From Phycisphaerae bacterium (GTDB lineage Bacteria; Planctomycetota; Phycisphaerae; Phycisphaerales; SM1A02): DNA of 64,000 nucleotides. The stretch lies in the NCBI GenBank assembly GCA_016795065.1, contig JAEUIU010000062.1:35712-99711 (forward strand). The letters are read 5' to 3'. The notes beneath the pieces were generated by a model, which did no database searches, was not told the origin of the DNA, and saw only the letters and a program-made list of their open reading frames with translations. Position 1 is the stretch's first letter. The number at the start of each line of letters is the position of its first letter. Position numbers and translations under genes: made by a program. Positions 18,630 through 32,361 of the stretch are shown here, in pieces.

Positions 18630-19304
18630 ATGCGCATACTCATCATCGAGGACAATCCGAGGATGGCCCAAGCCCTCCAGGCGGGGCTTCGCGAGCACGG
18701 CTTTGCCGCGGACATGTGCCATTCCGGATACGAGGCAGAGGATCTCATCACCACGGCGGCCTATGACGTGGTCCTGCTTGACCTCATGTTGCCGGATCGC
18801 GACGGCATCGAGCTCTGTCGAAACCTGAGGCGCCGCGGTGTCAAGACGAAGATCCTCGTTCTCTCGGCCCTGAGCTCCACGGGCGACAAGGTTGAGGGAC
18901 TCAACGCCGGCGCCGACGACTATCTCGCCAAGCCGTTTGAGTTCGACGAGCTCGTCGCACGCGTTCGGGCCCTTCTTCGGCGCGGCGACGCGACCGAGGC
19001 CAGGCACCTTCGCCACGATGACCTCGAACTCGACCTCTACGCCCGCACCGCCCGGCGCGGTGATCGCAAGATCGACCTGTCGAACAAGGAGTTCGCGCTG
19101 CTTGAGTACCTGATGCGCAGCCCCAACCGGGTTCTGTCGCGCACCCAGATCGGCGAGAAGGTCTGGGATCTGAGCTTCGAACCCAACTCCAACGTCGTGG
19201 ACGTTTACATCTCGGCACTTCGCCGAAAGGTCGATCGGGGCTTCACGCCATCGCTCATCCACACCATCAAGGGCGTGGGATATCGATTCGGCGTGATGGA
19301 GTAG
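18630..19304 (+). CDS. OmpR/PhoB-family response regulator (CusR/CopR-like); no adjacent histidine kinase
   Basis: [10 protein letters not shown]..., phospho-acceptor [20 protein letters not shown]. Winged-helix output domain: [25 protein letters not shown]...[13 protein letters not shown]...[14 protein letters not shown] 18630 is in frame within ORF 18270..19304. Confidence 0.88.
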   Translation: MRILIIEDNPRMAQALQAGLREHGFAADMCHSGYEAEDLITTAAYDVVLLDLMLPDRDGIELCRNLRRRGVKTKILVLSALSSTGDKVEGLNAGADDYLAKPFEFDELVARVRALLRRGDATEARHLRHDDLELDLYARTARRGDRKIDLSNKEFALLEYLMRSPNRVLSRTQIGEKVWDLSFEPNSNVVDVYISALRRKVDRGFTPSLIHTIKGVGYRFGVME

Positions 19305-19994
19305 GGTCGGCCACGCCTGCGGCGGCGAAGCCCTGGGCCCGCAGGATGCACGCGTCACAATGGCCGCACGGGGTCGCGTGGCCGTCGCGCGTGATCGGGT
19401 CGTAACAGGTAAGCGTCAGGCCGAAGTCGACGCCTAACGCCACGCCACGCTCGACGATCTCACGTTTGCTCAGCCGTGCAAGCGGAGTGTGGATGCGGAC
19501 GCGCGTGCCTTCGGCGCCCATCTTCGTGCCGAGGTTGGCCATGTGTTCGAAGGCCTCGATGAACTCGGGACGACAATCGGGATAGCCGGAGTAGTCGATG
19601 GCGTTGACGCCAATGAAGAGGTCGCTCGCGCCGACCGTTTCCGCGTAGCCGAGGGCGACCGAGAGAAAGATGGTGTTGCGGGCCGGGACGTAGGTGACTG
19701 GAATCTCCGTGGCAGAGGCCTCGTGGCCGATCCGGTCTTTCGGCACGGCGATATCGGCGGTCAGGGCCGAGCCGCCGAATGCCCGCAGGTCCAGACGAAC
19801 GATGACGTGCCGCGCCGCACCCAAGGCCTTCGCTACCCGCGCGGCGGCATCGAGTTCGGCGCGATGGCGCTGGCCGTAGTCGAAGCTGAGGGCGTGAGCG
19901 TCGAAGCCCGCGGCTCGGGCCTCGGCGAGTGAAACCGTCGAGTCCATGCCGCCGGATAGGAGGACGACCGCCCGCCTTGTTCGACCGACCTCGG

Positions 19995-19998
<4 letters not shown>
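19267..19998 (-). CDS. queC: 7-cyano-7-deazaguanine synthase
   Basis: PP-loop [12 protein letters not shown], the [10 protein letters not shown] motif, and the C-terminal Zn cluster C...CGHCDAC. Confidence 0.9.
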
Positions 19999-20948
<950 letters not shown>

Positions 20949-21215
20949 GCCTGAGGCGGCTCTTCCAAAACGCTGGGGGAACTCACCCAGCCGAATCGTT
21001 GGGGGAGGAACCGCCGGGACATCAAGGGTTGGGGCGGCCGCCCTACGGCCATCCTTGGCTACGGCCTTCGGTGGCGTTGGCTTTCAGCCGATTCGACCCG
21101 ATCGCCTTCGCAGTTCCCTTGAGATGTCGAGGTTCCATGGCGGTCGGCAATCGCCAACGGTTGTCGTCAAGGTGCTTAGGGAATCGCCAAATGGCAAACC
21201 CGTCGCGAAAGGCAC

Positions 21216-22127
21216 TTGTGTCCAGCAGTCAGGCTGGAGTATAGCAATGCGCTTCTCGTGACTGACTTCCATGCGTTTCGTATCGCGACCACACTGCCGT
21301 GCAGGCGGTGTCGCTACGACCTTCGAGGTCTGACCGCGGATACGCGATGCCCGGAGTGCGGGCTTGAAGTGCTCGAGACCGTCGCGGCCCGCGTGGATCC
21401 AGAGCTCGCGCTGCTGCCGCCCCTCGCTCGGCCGCGATGGGCGGGGACCTCTCTTTTGATGGTCACGCTGGCCTTGGCGTGCGCAGCGATCGGGACCAGC
21501 ATCTCCGCAGCGGCATTGATCCTCTCCAAACTCCCACGGGTGGGCTGGCACAGTTCGTTGATTCAGTTCTTCCCGCCGACCGCTCCGGATCGCCTCGAAT
21601 TGGTCTCGCCGGTCGCCCTGATCGTCGCCTGTTCGGCAGCTGTCGTCCTCCTTTTGACCTGCGGAGTGACCGGAAAGCAGCGACTCTTCCTTCCGATCGG
21701 CCTCGGGGTCTGGGCCTTTGCAGCGTGGTTCCAGCCCGAACTGGTTCATTTGGCGCTGACCGGATTGATAGCAATCGGAACCCTGATGGGGCTTGGCCCG
21801 ATCGTCAGCCACCTCGGCCAGCGAAGTCGGGCCTACCGGCATGCAGCCCATGCCCAACAGGCAATCGGCCCACTGATGGCTTCCATTGCGATTGGAGTCG
21901 GAGCAGTGCTCCTCGGGCATTCGACCGGAGCGGTGCTGGGGGCCGATGCGGTTCACTTCTTCAAACTGATCGCGACAGTGTGCTTGGCCATGACCAATGT
22001 TGGCTTTGTCTACCTGGCCGTGAATGGCGTGTGGATCTGGCGGAGCCTGTGGGGCTGGCAACCGCTTCTGGAGCGGATGCTGGTGAACCGGGTCGGAACG
22101 GAGATTGGGGCCTCGTCCGGGCCCTAG
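21216..22127 (+). CDS. Multi-pass membrane protein with N-terminal zinc ribbon (CRRCRYDLRG...RCPECG); start uncertain (TTG 21216 or GTG 21258)
   Basis: N-terminal LPCRRCRYDLRGLTADTRCPECGLEV is followed by about 6 hydrophobic helices. It carries the same Cys motif as the two proteins at 13697..14991. Confidence 0.5.
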   Translation: MCPAVRLEYSNALLVTDFHAFRIATTLPCRRCRYDLRGLTADTRCPECGLEVLETVAARVDPELALLPPLARPRWAGTSLLMVTLALACAAIGTSISAAALILSKLPRVGWHSSLIQFFPPTAPDRLELVSPVALIVACSAAVVLLLTCGVTGKQRLFLPIGLGVWAFAAWFQPELVHLALTGLIAIGTLMGLGPIVSHLGQRSRAYRHAAHAQQAIGPLMASIAIGVGAVLLGHSTGAVLGADAVHFFKLIATVCLAMTNVGFVYLAVNGVWIWRSLWGWQPLLERMLVNRVGTEIGASSGP

Positions 22128-22463
22128 TCGCGGGCGAGTTCGCGAAGGACGTCCAGCTCCGGCCTGCCACCTTGGCAGCAGCTCCGCGATGGGCACCGCA
22201 TGTGTCAGCGTCGTCGAGGTGTGCCGGACCCGTTCATGAGCGGGCGCCAGTCGCCGAGCCGCCCGCTGAGGCATCGAATCGGCCCGTCAAAGCGATGGCG
22301 ATGGAGCGACGACCGCTCGGGATCCGGGTTGGCCAAAAGGAGACTAGGTAGCCCGACGAAGCGAGCCATCGCGACGGTGACCCCCGCTGAATGGTCGGCC
22401 AACCGGGTCCAACTGGGTCAGGTTGGCGATTGTGACTGTCCAATTTCCAAAGGTGCCTGTCCC

Positions 22464-22504
22464 ATGACACCACCATGACACCCCAGTGACACCCCAATGA
22501 CATC
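22464..22504. repeat. Four direct TGACAY repeats at exact 11-bp phasing
   Basis: TGACAC at 22465, 22476 and 22487, and TGACAT at 22498 (aTGACACCacc aTGACACCcca gTGACACCcca aTGACATCc). They lie in a lower-GC stretch of the 22128..23086 non-coding gap. Confidence 0.7.
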
Positions 22505-23086
22505 CAGATGTGGCTGTCCGAATTGCTGCCTCAGGTCGCGCGAGTCCGAGCGAATAAGGTTCATTCCCCCCCCTCCGCATCTGTCGGGTGCCTGTCCAGA
22601 TTCAGCCCCCCAAAGTCAGCCCAAAGCCAGCTTGCTGCACGTGACCCAGGCCCGGATGACCCCAGCAAGCCACCCCGCCGGATTCCAAACTCACCTGGAC
22701 CGAGCCACTCAAAGCCGACCCCCAAGCCGACCTCTGAAGTTCCATCTCGGTTGGCGCGGGTTTTGATAGGCGGCTCTCTCCCTCGTTCGCACTCGTGCCG
22801 GGCGTGGGGGTCTTGTCAGGTGTCCGTACTCGGTTGACCTCTTCCCCTGGGGTCGGCTGACCTCCGGCCCTTCATCCGCTTCGTCGGCCTGCGTTCGCTT
22901 GGCGAACACCTAGGCCAATCGGATGGCTGGCCACCTGACAGACGTGTCTCATTGCCCTACCCAAATCGTCTACCCCAGACGTTCCTTGCGATTGGCCGCT
23001 CCCCTTCCGCTCCAGCCGGGCGGAGACGGGCGTCCAAACCGCGGGGCACGAATGTGCGGTCCAGCCGCTTCAACGGAGATTCACTC

Positions 23087-24793
<1,707 letters not shown>

Positions 24794-24826
24794 CGCTTCA
24801 CCGGTCCCGCGTCGTACCTCGCCTCG

Positions 24827-24963
24827 TTCACCGCAGAGGCGCGGAGCACGCGACGACCCGAGAGAGATAGGGCGGAGATGCGGGGCGCTCGAGGCGCGTG
24901 TGGACAAGCAACACCACACCGACCTCCTACCCGCCTCCGCGACCTCTGCGACTCTGCGGTGAA
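24827..24963. repeat. REP/BIME-like inverted-repeat element in the groEL1-groES spacer
   Basis: 20-mer ttcaccgcagaggcgcggag (24827-24846). Its interrupted reverse complement ctccgcg[acctctgcga]ctctgcggtgaa (24935-24963) lies ~88 nt downstream. Confidence 0.7.
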
Positions 24964-24993
24964 CCCAAACCTCACACGACCCGGAGCATTCCG

Positions 24994-25284
24994 ATGAACG
25001 TTCGTCCCCTCGAAGATCGCATTGTCATCAAGCCCATCGAACCCGAGACCAAGACCGCCTCGGGCCTCTTCCTTCCCGAGTCCGCCAAGGAACGCCCCAT
25101 GCAGGGCAAGGTCGTGGCCGTTGGCCCCGGCAAGCTCATGGACAACGGCGAGCGTCAGAAGCCGCTCGTCAAGAAGGGCGACACCGTCGTTTACGGCAAG
25201 TACGCGGGCACTGAAATCGAAATCAAGAACGTCCCGCACGTGATCATGCGGGAGAGCGAGCTCCTCGGCCTCATCGAGACCTGA
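24994..25284 (+). CDS. groES: Co-chaperonin GroES
   Basis: MNVRPLEDRIVIKPIEPETKTASGLFLPESAKERPMQGKVVAVGPG...GDTVVYGKYAGTEI. Confidence 0.95.
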   Translation: MNVRPLEDRIVIKPIEPETKTASGLFLPESAKERPMQGKVVAVGPGKLMDNGERQKPLVKKGDTVVYGKYAGTEIEIKNVPHVIMRESELLGLIET

Positions 25285-25386
25285 TGTCACATCAGTCCCC
25301 GTGCGTCATCCTCGGATGACCCACGCCTCGCACAGGCAAGTCAGGACTTGCGTCCTTCCACAGAACACGAATAGCGAGTACCTACC

Positions 25387-27006
<1,620 letters not shown>

Positions 27007-27025
27007 GCTTGGATTGACACGATTC

Positions 27026-27187
27026 TTCACCGCAGAGGCGCGGAGACCTGATGGAGACAAGAAGGAGCGAAGCGGTTGGGTTCGTCGACATTGGCCGTTG
27101 ATCGAGTCCCCACAAATCGTCTCCGCCTCCTTCCGATCTCCACGTCCTCCGCGCCTCTGCGGTGATTCCGCGTCTCTGCGGTGATTC
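27026..27187. repeat. REP/BIME-like inverted-repeat element in the groEL2-dnaJ spacer
   Basis: The identical 20-mer ttcaccgcagaggcgcggag sits at 27026-27045. Its perfect 19-nt reverse complement ctccgcgcctctgcggtga is at 27147-27165 (101-nt spacer). A third copy with one mismatch, ccgcgtctctgcggtga, is at 27168-27184. Confidence 0.75.
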
Positions 27188-27206
27188 TGACTTCTCTCGA
27201 GCCCTC

Positions 27207-28349
27207 ATGGCCACGCAGCGCGACTATTACGAGATTCTCGGCGTCGAGCGCACTGCGTCCGGCGAGGAGATCAAACGCTCCTATCGCCGCTTGGCGATGA
27301 AGTACCACCCGGACCGCAATCCGGGTGATGCCGAGGCCGAGGCTCAGTTCAAGGCCTGCGCCGAGGCATACGAAGTCCTCAACGACGCCGAGCGCCGGGC
27401 CCGGTACGACCAGTACGGTCACGCCGGATTGCGCCAGACGCCGGGACACGACTTCCGCTCGATGAACGTCGAGGACATCTTCTCGATGTTCGCCGACATC
27501 TTTGGTGGCGGCGGCGGCGGTGGCATGGGCGGTCGGAGTCGCGGCGCTTCTCGCGGCTATGACCTCGAGACCGAGGTCGAGATCACCCTCGACGAGGTCC
27601 TCAGCGGGGCCGAGCGTGAGGTCGAGTTCAAGCGCCTCGATGTCTGCTCGACCTGCAAGGGCACGGGTGCCAAGCCGGGCTCGCAACCGGTGAAGTGCAC
27701 CACCTGCGACGGCCACGGCCAAGTCCAGCAGACCGGCTTCGGCGGTATGTTCAGGATGGTCACAACCTGCCCGGCTTGCCGCGGGCGACGCACTGTTGTC
27801 GCCGACAAGTGCGCCGATTGCCGGGGACGCGGTCGTGTCTCATTGGGACGAAAGATCTCGGTCAAGCTCCCTGCGGGCATCTCCGACGGCCAGATCGTCC
27901 GCATCACCGGCGAGGGTGAGCCGCCACCGCCTGAGGTGAATCCGGCTGGCGAGGGCCAGCGAGGCGATCTCCACGTCGTCGTTCGCGTCCGCAACCACGA
28001 CCGATTCGAGCGCGATGGCGACGACATCGTGATGGTTCAGCAAATCGCCTTCGCCCAGGCAGCACTCGGGGCAACCATCCGTATCCGAACGCTCGACGGT
28101 GAACATGACCTGGTCGTCGAGCCAGGCACGCAACACGCCGACGTCTACACGATTTCGGGCGAAGGGCTCCCCAACCTTCGCAGCCGCAAGCGTGGCGACC
28201 TCAAGGTGCTGATGCAACTGGTGGTGCCAAAGCGACTCACCGAAGCCCAACGGCGCCTTTTGGCCGACTATGCGAAAACCGAGAACATCGAAGTGAACAA
28301 GCAGTCGCCTAGCCTGTGGAAGAAGGTCAAGGACAGTTTGGGCGGCTGA
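27207..28349 (+). CDS. dnaJ: Molecular chaperone DnaJ
   Basis: J domain (DYYEILGV...[16 protein letters not shown]), a Gly-rich linker, and four CxxCxGxG zinc motifs ([32 protein letters not shown]). Confidence 0.93.
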   Translation: MATQRDYYEILGVERTASGEEIKRSYRRLAMKYHPDRNPGDAEAEAQFKACAEAYEVLNDAERRARYDQYGHAGLRQTPGHDFRSMNVEDIFSMFADIFGGGGGGGMGGRSRGASRGYDLETEVEITLDEVLSGAEREVEFKRLDVCSTCKGTGAKPGSQPVKCTTCDGHGQVQQTGFGGMFRMVTTCPACRGRRTVVADKCADCRGRGRVSLGRKISVKLPAGISDGQIVRITGEGEPPPPEVNPAGEGQRGDLHVVVRVRNHDRFERDGDDIVMVQQIAFAQAALGATIRIRTLDGEHDLVVEPGTQHADVYTISGEGLPNLRSRKRGDLKVLMQLVVPKRLTEAQRRLLADYAKTENIEVNKQSPSLWKKVKDSLGG

Positions 28350-28420
28350 GCCGACATGGCGAGAGCAGGCGACGCCCAACGACCAGTCAGGCAACACGAC
28401 GCACCGGGAGCGGGACGCAC

Positions 28421-29020
28421 ATGACCAACGAACAGCAACAGAAGCCGGACGCCCCGACCAATCGCAGCGACTTGGACGGCAACATGAATGGCAACGGGGA
28501 TGGCAACGGGGATGGCGACATGCCCCTCGACGGCGAGGACGAGACCGTCGTCGCCAACGAAGAGACGGCGGCCCTCATCGAGCGTCTGACACAGGAGCGC
28601 GACGAGGCCGTCGCCGGCTACAAGCGTTCGCTTGCCGACTTCGTCAACTTCCAGCGTCGCTCCAACGAGAACGAGCTGCGGGCCCGAGACGGTGGCGTCA
28701 TCTTCGTCGCCCGAGCCCTGATGCCTGTACTCGACTCGATGGACCTCTCGCTCGCCCAGAACACGGCGAACCTCACGGTCGAGCAGATGCTGCAGGCGAT
28801 CGCGATGCTCCGGACCGAGCTGAACCGGGCACTTGAGAAGAGCGGCATCGTCCGCGTCGAACCGAAGCGCGGCGACGAATTCGACCCGCATCTCCACGAG
28901 GCGGTCATGCAGCAGCCCGTCGAGGGCGTCGAGGCCGGCCGCATCGCCTCCACGTTCCAGGTCGGCTACATGCTCGGCGATTCCCGCCTGCGTGCCGCGA
29001 AGGTCAGCGTCGCGGGCTGA
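28421..29020 (+). CDS. grpE: Nucleotide exchange factor GrpE
   Basis: Coiled-coil N-terminus. The C-terminal part (DFVNFQRRS...VLDSMDLSL...GIVRVEP.RGDEFDPHLHEAVMQ) is typical of GrpE. GGGAG RBS before ATG 28421. Confidence 0.9.
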   Translation: MTNEQQQKPDAPTNRSDLDGNMNGNGDGNGDGDMPLDGEDETVVANEETAALIERLTQERDEAVAGYKRSLADFVNFQRRSNENELRARDGGVIFVARALMPVLDSMDLSLAQNTANLTVEQMLQAIAMLRTELNRALEKSGIVRVEPKRGDEFDPHLHEAVMQQPVEGVEAGRIASTFQVGYMLGDSRLRAAKVSVAG

Positions 29021-29046
29021 CAGACCGCGTCGTTCCCACCAAGATC

Positions 29047-29574
29047 ATGCCTACCTACGAGTACCACTGCTCGGCCTGCGGCCACGAGTTCGAGCAGTTC
29101 CAATCGATCAAGGCCGACCCGGTGCGAAAGTGCCCGTCCTGCGGGAAGCTGAAGGTTGTGCGAAAGATCGGCATGGGCGGCGGCGTCCTCTTCAAGGGAA
29201 GCGGCTTCTACGAGACCGACTATCGCAGCGAGAGCTACTCGAAGGCAGCCGAGGCCGATCGGGAGAAGCCTTCAACCTCCGATAGCGCCGGCAGCGCGAA
29301 GGGCACGGCGAGCGACGCGCCGTCCGGACCGACGAAGCCTGACGCTCCTGCGTCCGGCAGCTCGAAGGATGCGCCAAAGCCGGCGTCGTCCCCGACGACA
29401 GCATCAGCCAGCGAACCCAAAAACTCCCCCTCCAAGGCGACGCACCCATCGCGCATCGGCCGCGGCGCCGGGAACATCGTGCAGAATCCACCGAAGCCGC
29501 GCGAAGGCTCCAACCCTCAGGCTAAGCCGCCAATTCGGAAGTCCTCCGGCAAGGGACAAGGCCCGAAGCGTTAG
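29047..29574 (+). CDS. FmdB-family zinc-ribbon protein with long Ser/Pro/Lys-rich tail
   Basis: MPTYEYHCSACGHEFEQFQSIKADPVRKCPSCG matches the FmdB/CxxC_CxxC_SSSS motif. The rest is low complexity. Confidence 0.75.
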   Translation: MPTYEYHCSACGHEFEQFQSIKADPVRKCPSCGKLKVVRKIGMGGGVLFKGSGFYETDYRSESYSKAAEADREKPSTSDSAGSAKGTASDAPSGPTKPDAPASGSSKDAPKPASSPTTASASEPKNSPSKATHPSRIGRGAGNIVQNPPKPREGSNPQAKPPIRKSSGKGQGPKR

Positions 29575-30962
29575 CAGCCCGCCAGCGCTTCGCCGGGCGA
29601 TGTCGGAAGGTCGTAGCTGGTGAGCACGGTCGCATTGAGCGGCGGGTGGTCAATGATCATCCGCAGCCCGTAAAAGTCGGCCGCGTCCCAATGACATTGC
29701 TCGAAAACCCGAGCGACGAGCCGGTGGTAGTCGGCGATTAGCTGGGTAGCGGCCTGCGGCGAACGGCCAGTGAGCCTCGTAAATCGCAAAGCGATTGGAA
29801 GTTCCGCAAGCCCGGAGTCTCCGGCAAAGCCAGGGATCTGGGTGACGATGCGTGGCGTCATCTGTTCGACTTCCGGCAGCGAGCGGTGAACGAAGAAGTC
29901 GATGAGCATCGCCTCGGCAGGCGTCGTCAACCCCGTCGCAAAATGTCCGTGCTGGTCGGCTTCGGTTGCGTAGCGTGAGACCGATCGCTCGTCGAGGTAA
30001 CCGAAGGTCAGGTCCGTCTCGCCTGTTCGACCGACGGGGCCCTCGAGCAGCTCATACACGACCGATCCGCCGTGTTGACTCACTCGAATCGGTGGAATCG
30101 GGGTGGAGCACCAGGACGGCATGAGCCAATCGGCCGAGCTCCCATCGCCCTGCGATTCGAGTGGCTTCAGCTCGCGCGAAAATGCCACGGCGGTCAGATC
30201 GTCCTTGAATTGAGTGAATCGATAGATGGGCCAGGTCGCCGTTGGTCGAAGCCGGCGCAGATCGCGTACGCCCGTGACCAGGGCGAAGTCCAAGCGATCC
30301 GGCTGCTGCCGATTCGGGGCGATGAATCGCGTCGCGAAACGCACACGCGTCTGGAGCCCGAGAATGCCGCTGTTGCCGAGGTAGGCGAGTCGCCGCGACT
30401 CCTGCATCGACGCGCTCGGGCGCATGCTGTCGAGAAAGAGGTCCAGCGTGGCCCTGTCCCCCGCGTGCCGCTCGACCATCGCCTCAAAGTCGCGCATCGC
30501 CGTACGCACCCGACTCGTTGCAGCCTCGCTCGCCCCCGCCGTCGACATGGCGTTGAGCAATCGCGTCAATCCTTCCGTACCCGGAATGAGCGACACAACA
30601 TCGATTGCGTCCTCGCTGCGGAGGATCTTCGACACCTTCCACGTCAGGCTCTTGTCCAACTTGAACTGCCGAGAGACCTCTTGAGGGCGATCGGGATCAG
30701 CACCGACCGCACCGTAGAGTTCCAGCAGCGCAGCACGAAGGCCCAGTACGACGTGGCGACAGTGTTCATCGAGCCCGAGGTCAAACGACTCACCGGTCGG
30801 AGCAGGGGATGGCGTCACGAGGGCACTGTACGCAATGTCGACCGAGCTGCTCGCGCCGCCCTGCGTTCGCAGCCGATTCTCCGAAGAACGTGCGCGGCGA
30901 CGCAAGCGCGGTGTCAGGTACCAGCCCGCGCACCCGAATTCCTCCGCACCCCGCGACCCCAC
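29571..30962 (-). CDS. Hypothetical protein, no family recognised (start uncertain; GTG 30842 is an alternative)
   Basis: Long ORF with coding-like composition that abuts the stop of the HAF-repeat gene. It has a possible HTH-like N-terminal stretch (PQEVSRQFKLDKSLTWKVSKIL). I could not identify catalytic motifs. Confidence 0.5.
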   Translation of the reverse strand: MGSRGAEEFGCAGWYLTPRLRRRARSSENRLRTQGGASSSVDIAYSALVTPSPAPTGESFDLGLDEHCRHVVLGLRAALLELYGAVGADPDRPQEVSRQFKLDKSLTWKVSKILRSEDAIDVVSLIPGTEGLTRLLNAMSTAGASEAATSRVRTAMRDFEAMVERHAGDRATLDLFLDSMRPSASMQESRRLAYLGNSGILGLQTRVRFATRFIAPNRQQPDRLDFALVTGVRDLRRLRPTATWPIYRFTQFKDDLTAVAFSRELKPLESQGDGSSADWLMPSWCSTPIPPIRVSQHGGSVVYELLEGPVGRTGETDLTFGYLDERSVSRYATEADQHGHFATGLTTPAEAMLIDFFVHRSLPEVEQMTPRIVTQIPGFAGDSGLAELPIALRFTRLTGRSPQAATQLIADYHRLVARVFEQCHWDAADFYGLRMIIDHPPLNATVLTSYDLPTSPGEALAGC

Positions 30963-32189
30963 TCAGCACGGACCCCACGCCCCAAGCAGGAGGGCAAGGT
31001 CGGCAGCGGAAACGGCTCCATCGCCAGACAGGTCCGCGGGGCTGCCCGGATTCTCCCCCCACGCTCCGAGTAACACCGCCAGATCTTCGGCGCCGACAGA
31101 ACCATCGCCGTTGAGATCCGCCAGGCACGGAACGGCGACGGTCAGTTCGAAGAGGAGAACGCGCGGGTCGCCACTAACCGTGAAGTCCATACCGCGCACG
31201 GCGATCCAGTTGTTGTCGCCAATCGCAATCGGCACCAGATAGTCACCGGGGAAGTAGAAGCGGCCCGGATAAGCCGCCTCCGCCAGCGATGCGATGTTGT
31301 GAAGGACACCATCTGGACCCCACACCACCGGCACCGTCTCGAACGGTGCACTGTCCGCCCAACCGAGAATCCAGCCCTCGTTGTTAATGTCGAACGCCGC
31401 CGCCTTGAACCCCAGGTCCGGGAGTTTGACGAGCCCGACGCCCGGGGTATAGAGAATGGCGTCGGTGTTTGCGTTCGTCGTTCCAACCGCCTGGCCCGCG
31501 TCGTTGTTGGCAACTCCGAATGTCTGAGTCGACCCCGCGACGAGCCCAAGATTGTGGATCACCCCGTCCGCCCCCCAGATCACCATCCGATAGGAGTTGT
31601 TGCTGAGGTCGGCTCGGCCGACCACTTCGCCCGATGCGTTGATGTCCCATGCCAACGCGTCCGTACCGGTGAGCTTTGGCAACATCTCGTAGCCGCCGCG
31701 TGCGGTCCAGCGCCACGCCTGCTGCGGATCAATGCCAACCTGGGCGAACGTCACCGCACCGCACACGGTCCCTGCTGCATTGATGCCCGACGCCGTGTTG
31801 TAGGACCAGGTTCCAGGCGGCATCGGCAGTTGGGTCAATTCGTTCGTGGGTGACCAAATCGCGGCCAGTGATGGACCCGACGGCGGGCTGAGTCGACCCA
31901 CACAGGTGCCAGCGTCGTTGATGCCGATTGCCAAGCTCTGGGTTGTGCCTGGCGGGACCGGCAGCGGGACGCGGCCGTTCTCGCCTCCCAGCTCATGCTG
32001 ATAGCGCATCGCCGTGGTCACACCCTGGTACTGAAAGTCACCGGCGATCCGACCGCTGGCGTTCATCGCCTCCGTGACTGCGGGAGGAAAGTGACCGACG
32101 TAGGTCAAGGTGAAGCGTTCCGCCGAGGCGACCGAGGAGAAGGCGGACGCGGCGAGTCCTACGCTCAAGAGGCGACTGCAGATTGGCAT
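30963..32189 (-). CDS. Secreted HAF-repeat protein with C-terminal dockerin-like double repeat
   Basis: Signal peptide MPICSRLLSVGLAASAFSSVASA (ATG 32189). Repeated IN-x-x-G-x-x-x-G units (GINDAGTCVG, GINAAGTVCG, DINASGEVVG, ANNDAGQAVG, DINNEGWILG). C-terminus DLNGDGSVGAEDLAVLLGAWG...DLSGDGAVSAADLALLLGAWGPC. Confidence 0.7.
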   Translation of the reverse strand: MPICSRLLSVGLAASAFSSVASAERFTLTYVGHFPPAVTEAMNASGRIAGDFQYQGVTTAMRYQHELGGENGRVPLPVPPGTTQSLAIGINDAGTCVGRLSPPSGPSLAAIWSPTNELTQLPMPPGTWSYNTASGINAAGTVCGAVTFAQVGIDPQQAWRWTARGGYEMLPKLTGTDALAWDINASGEVVGRADLSNNSYRMVIWGADGVIHNLGLVAGSTQTFGVANNDAGQAVGTTNANTDAILYTPGVGLVKLPDLGFKAAAFDINNEGWILGWADSAPFETVPVVWGPDGVLHNIASLAEAAYPGRFYFPGDYLVPIAIGDNNWIAVRGMDFTVSGDPRVLLFELTVAVPCLADLNGDGSVGAEDLAVLLGAWGENPGSPADLSGDGAVSAADLALLLGAWGPC

Positions 32190-32361
32190 GAGGTGCTCGA
32201 TGGGGAATGCGACAACCCGACGCGACGACAACGGCACGAAGCGTCGGATGGATCCCCCCAGACGCTCGCCCCTGACTCTCGTGCGGATCCTTCGGTCAGG
32301 CAAGGTTCTCCAGAGAAGATCGTCGAAGAATTGATGCCACACGGCGTATCGAGGGAGGCGT

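Noticed and set aside
22128-22420. Degraded integrase or other pseudogene on the minus strand. Fragments such as ERVRHTSTTLTHAVPIAELL faintly recall a tyrosine-recombinase R-H-T...G box.
   Set aside because: The similarity is only a few residues, spread over different frames. There is no flanking tRNA, direct repeats or other mobile-element hallmarks. It cannot be supported without a database alignment.
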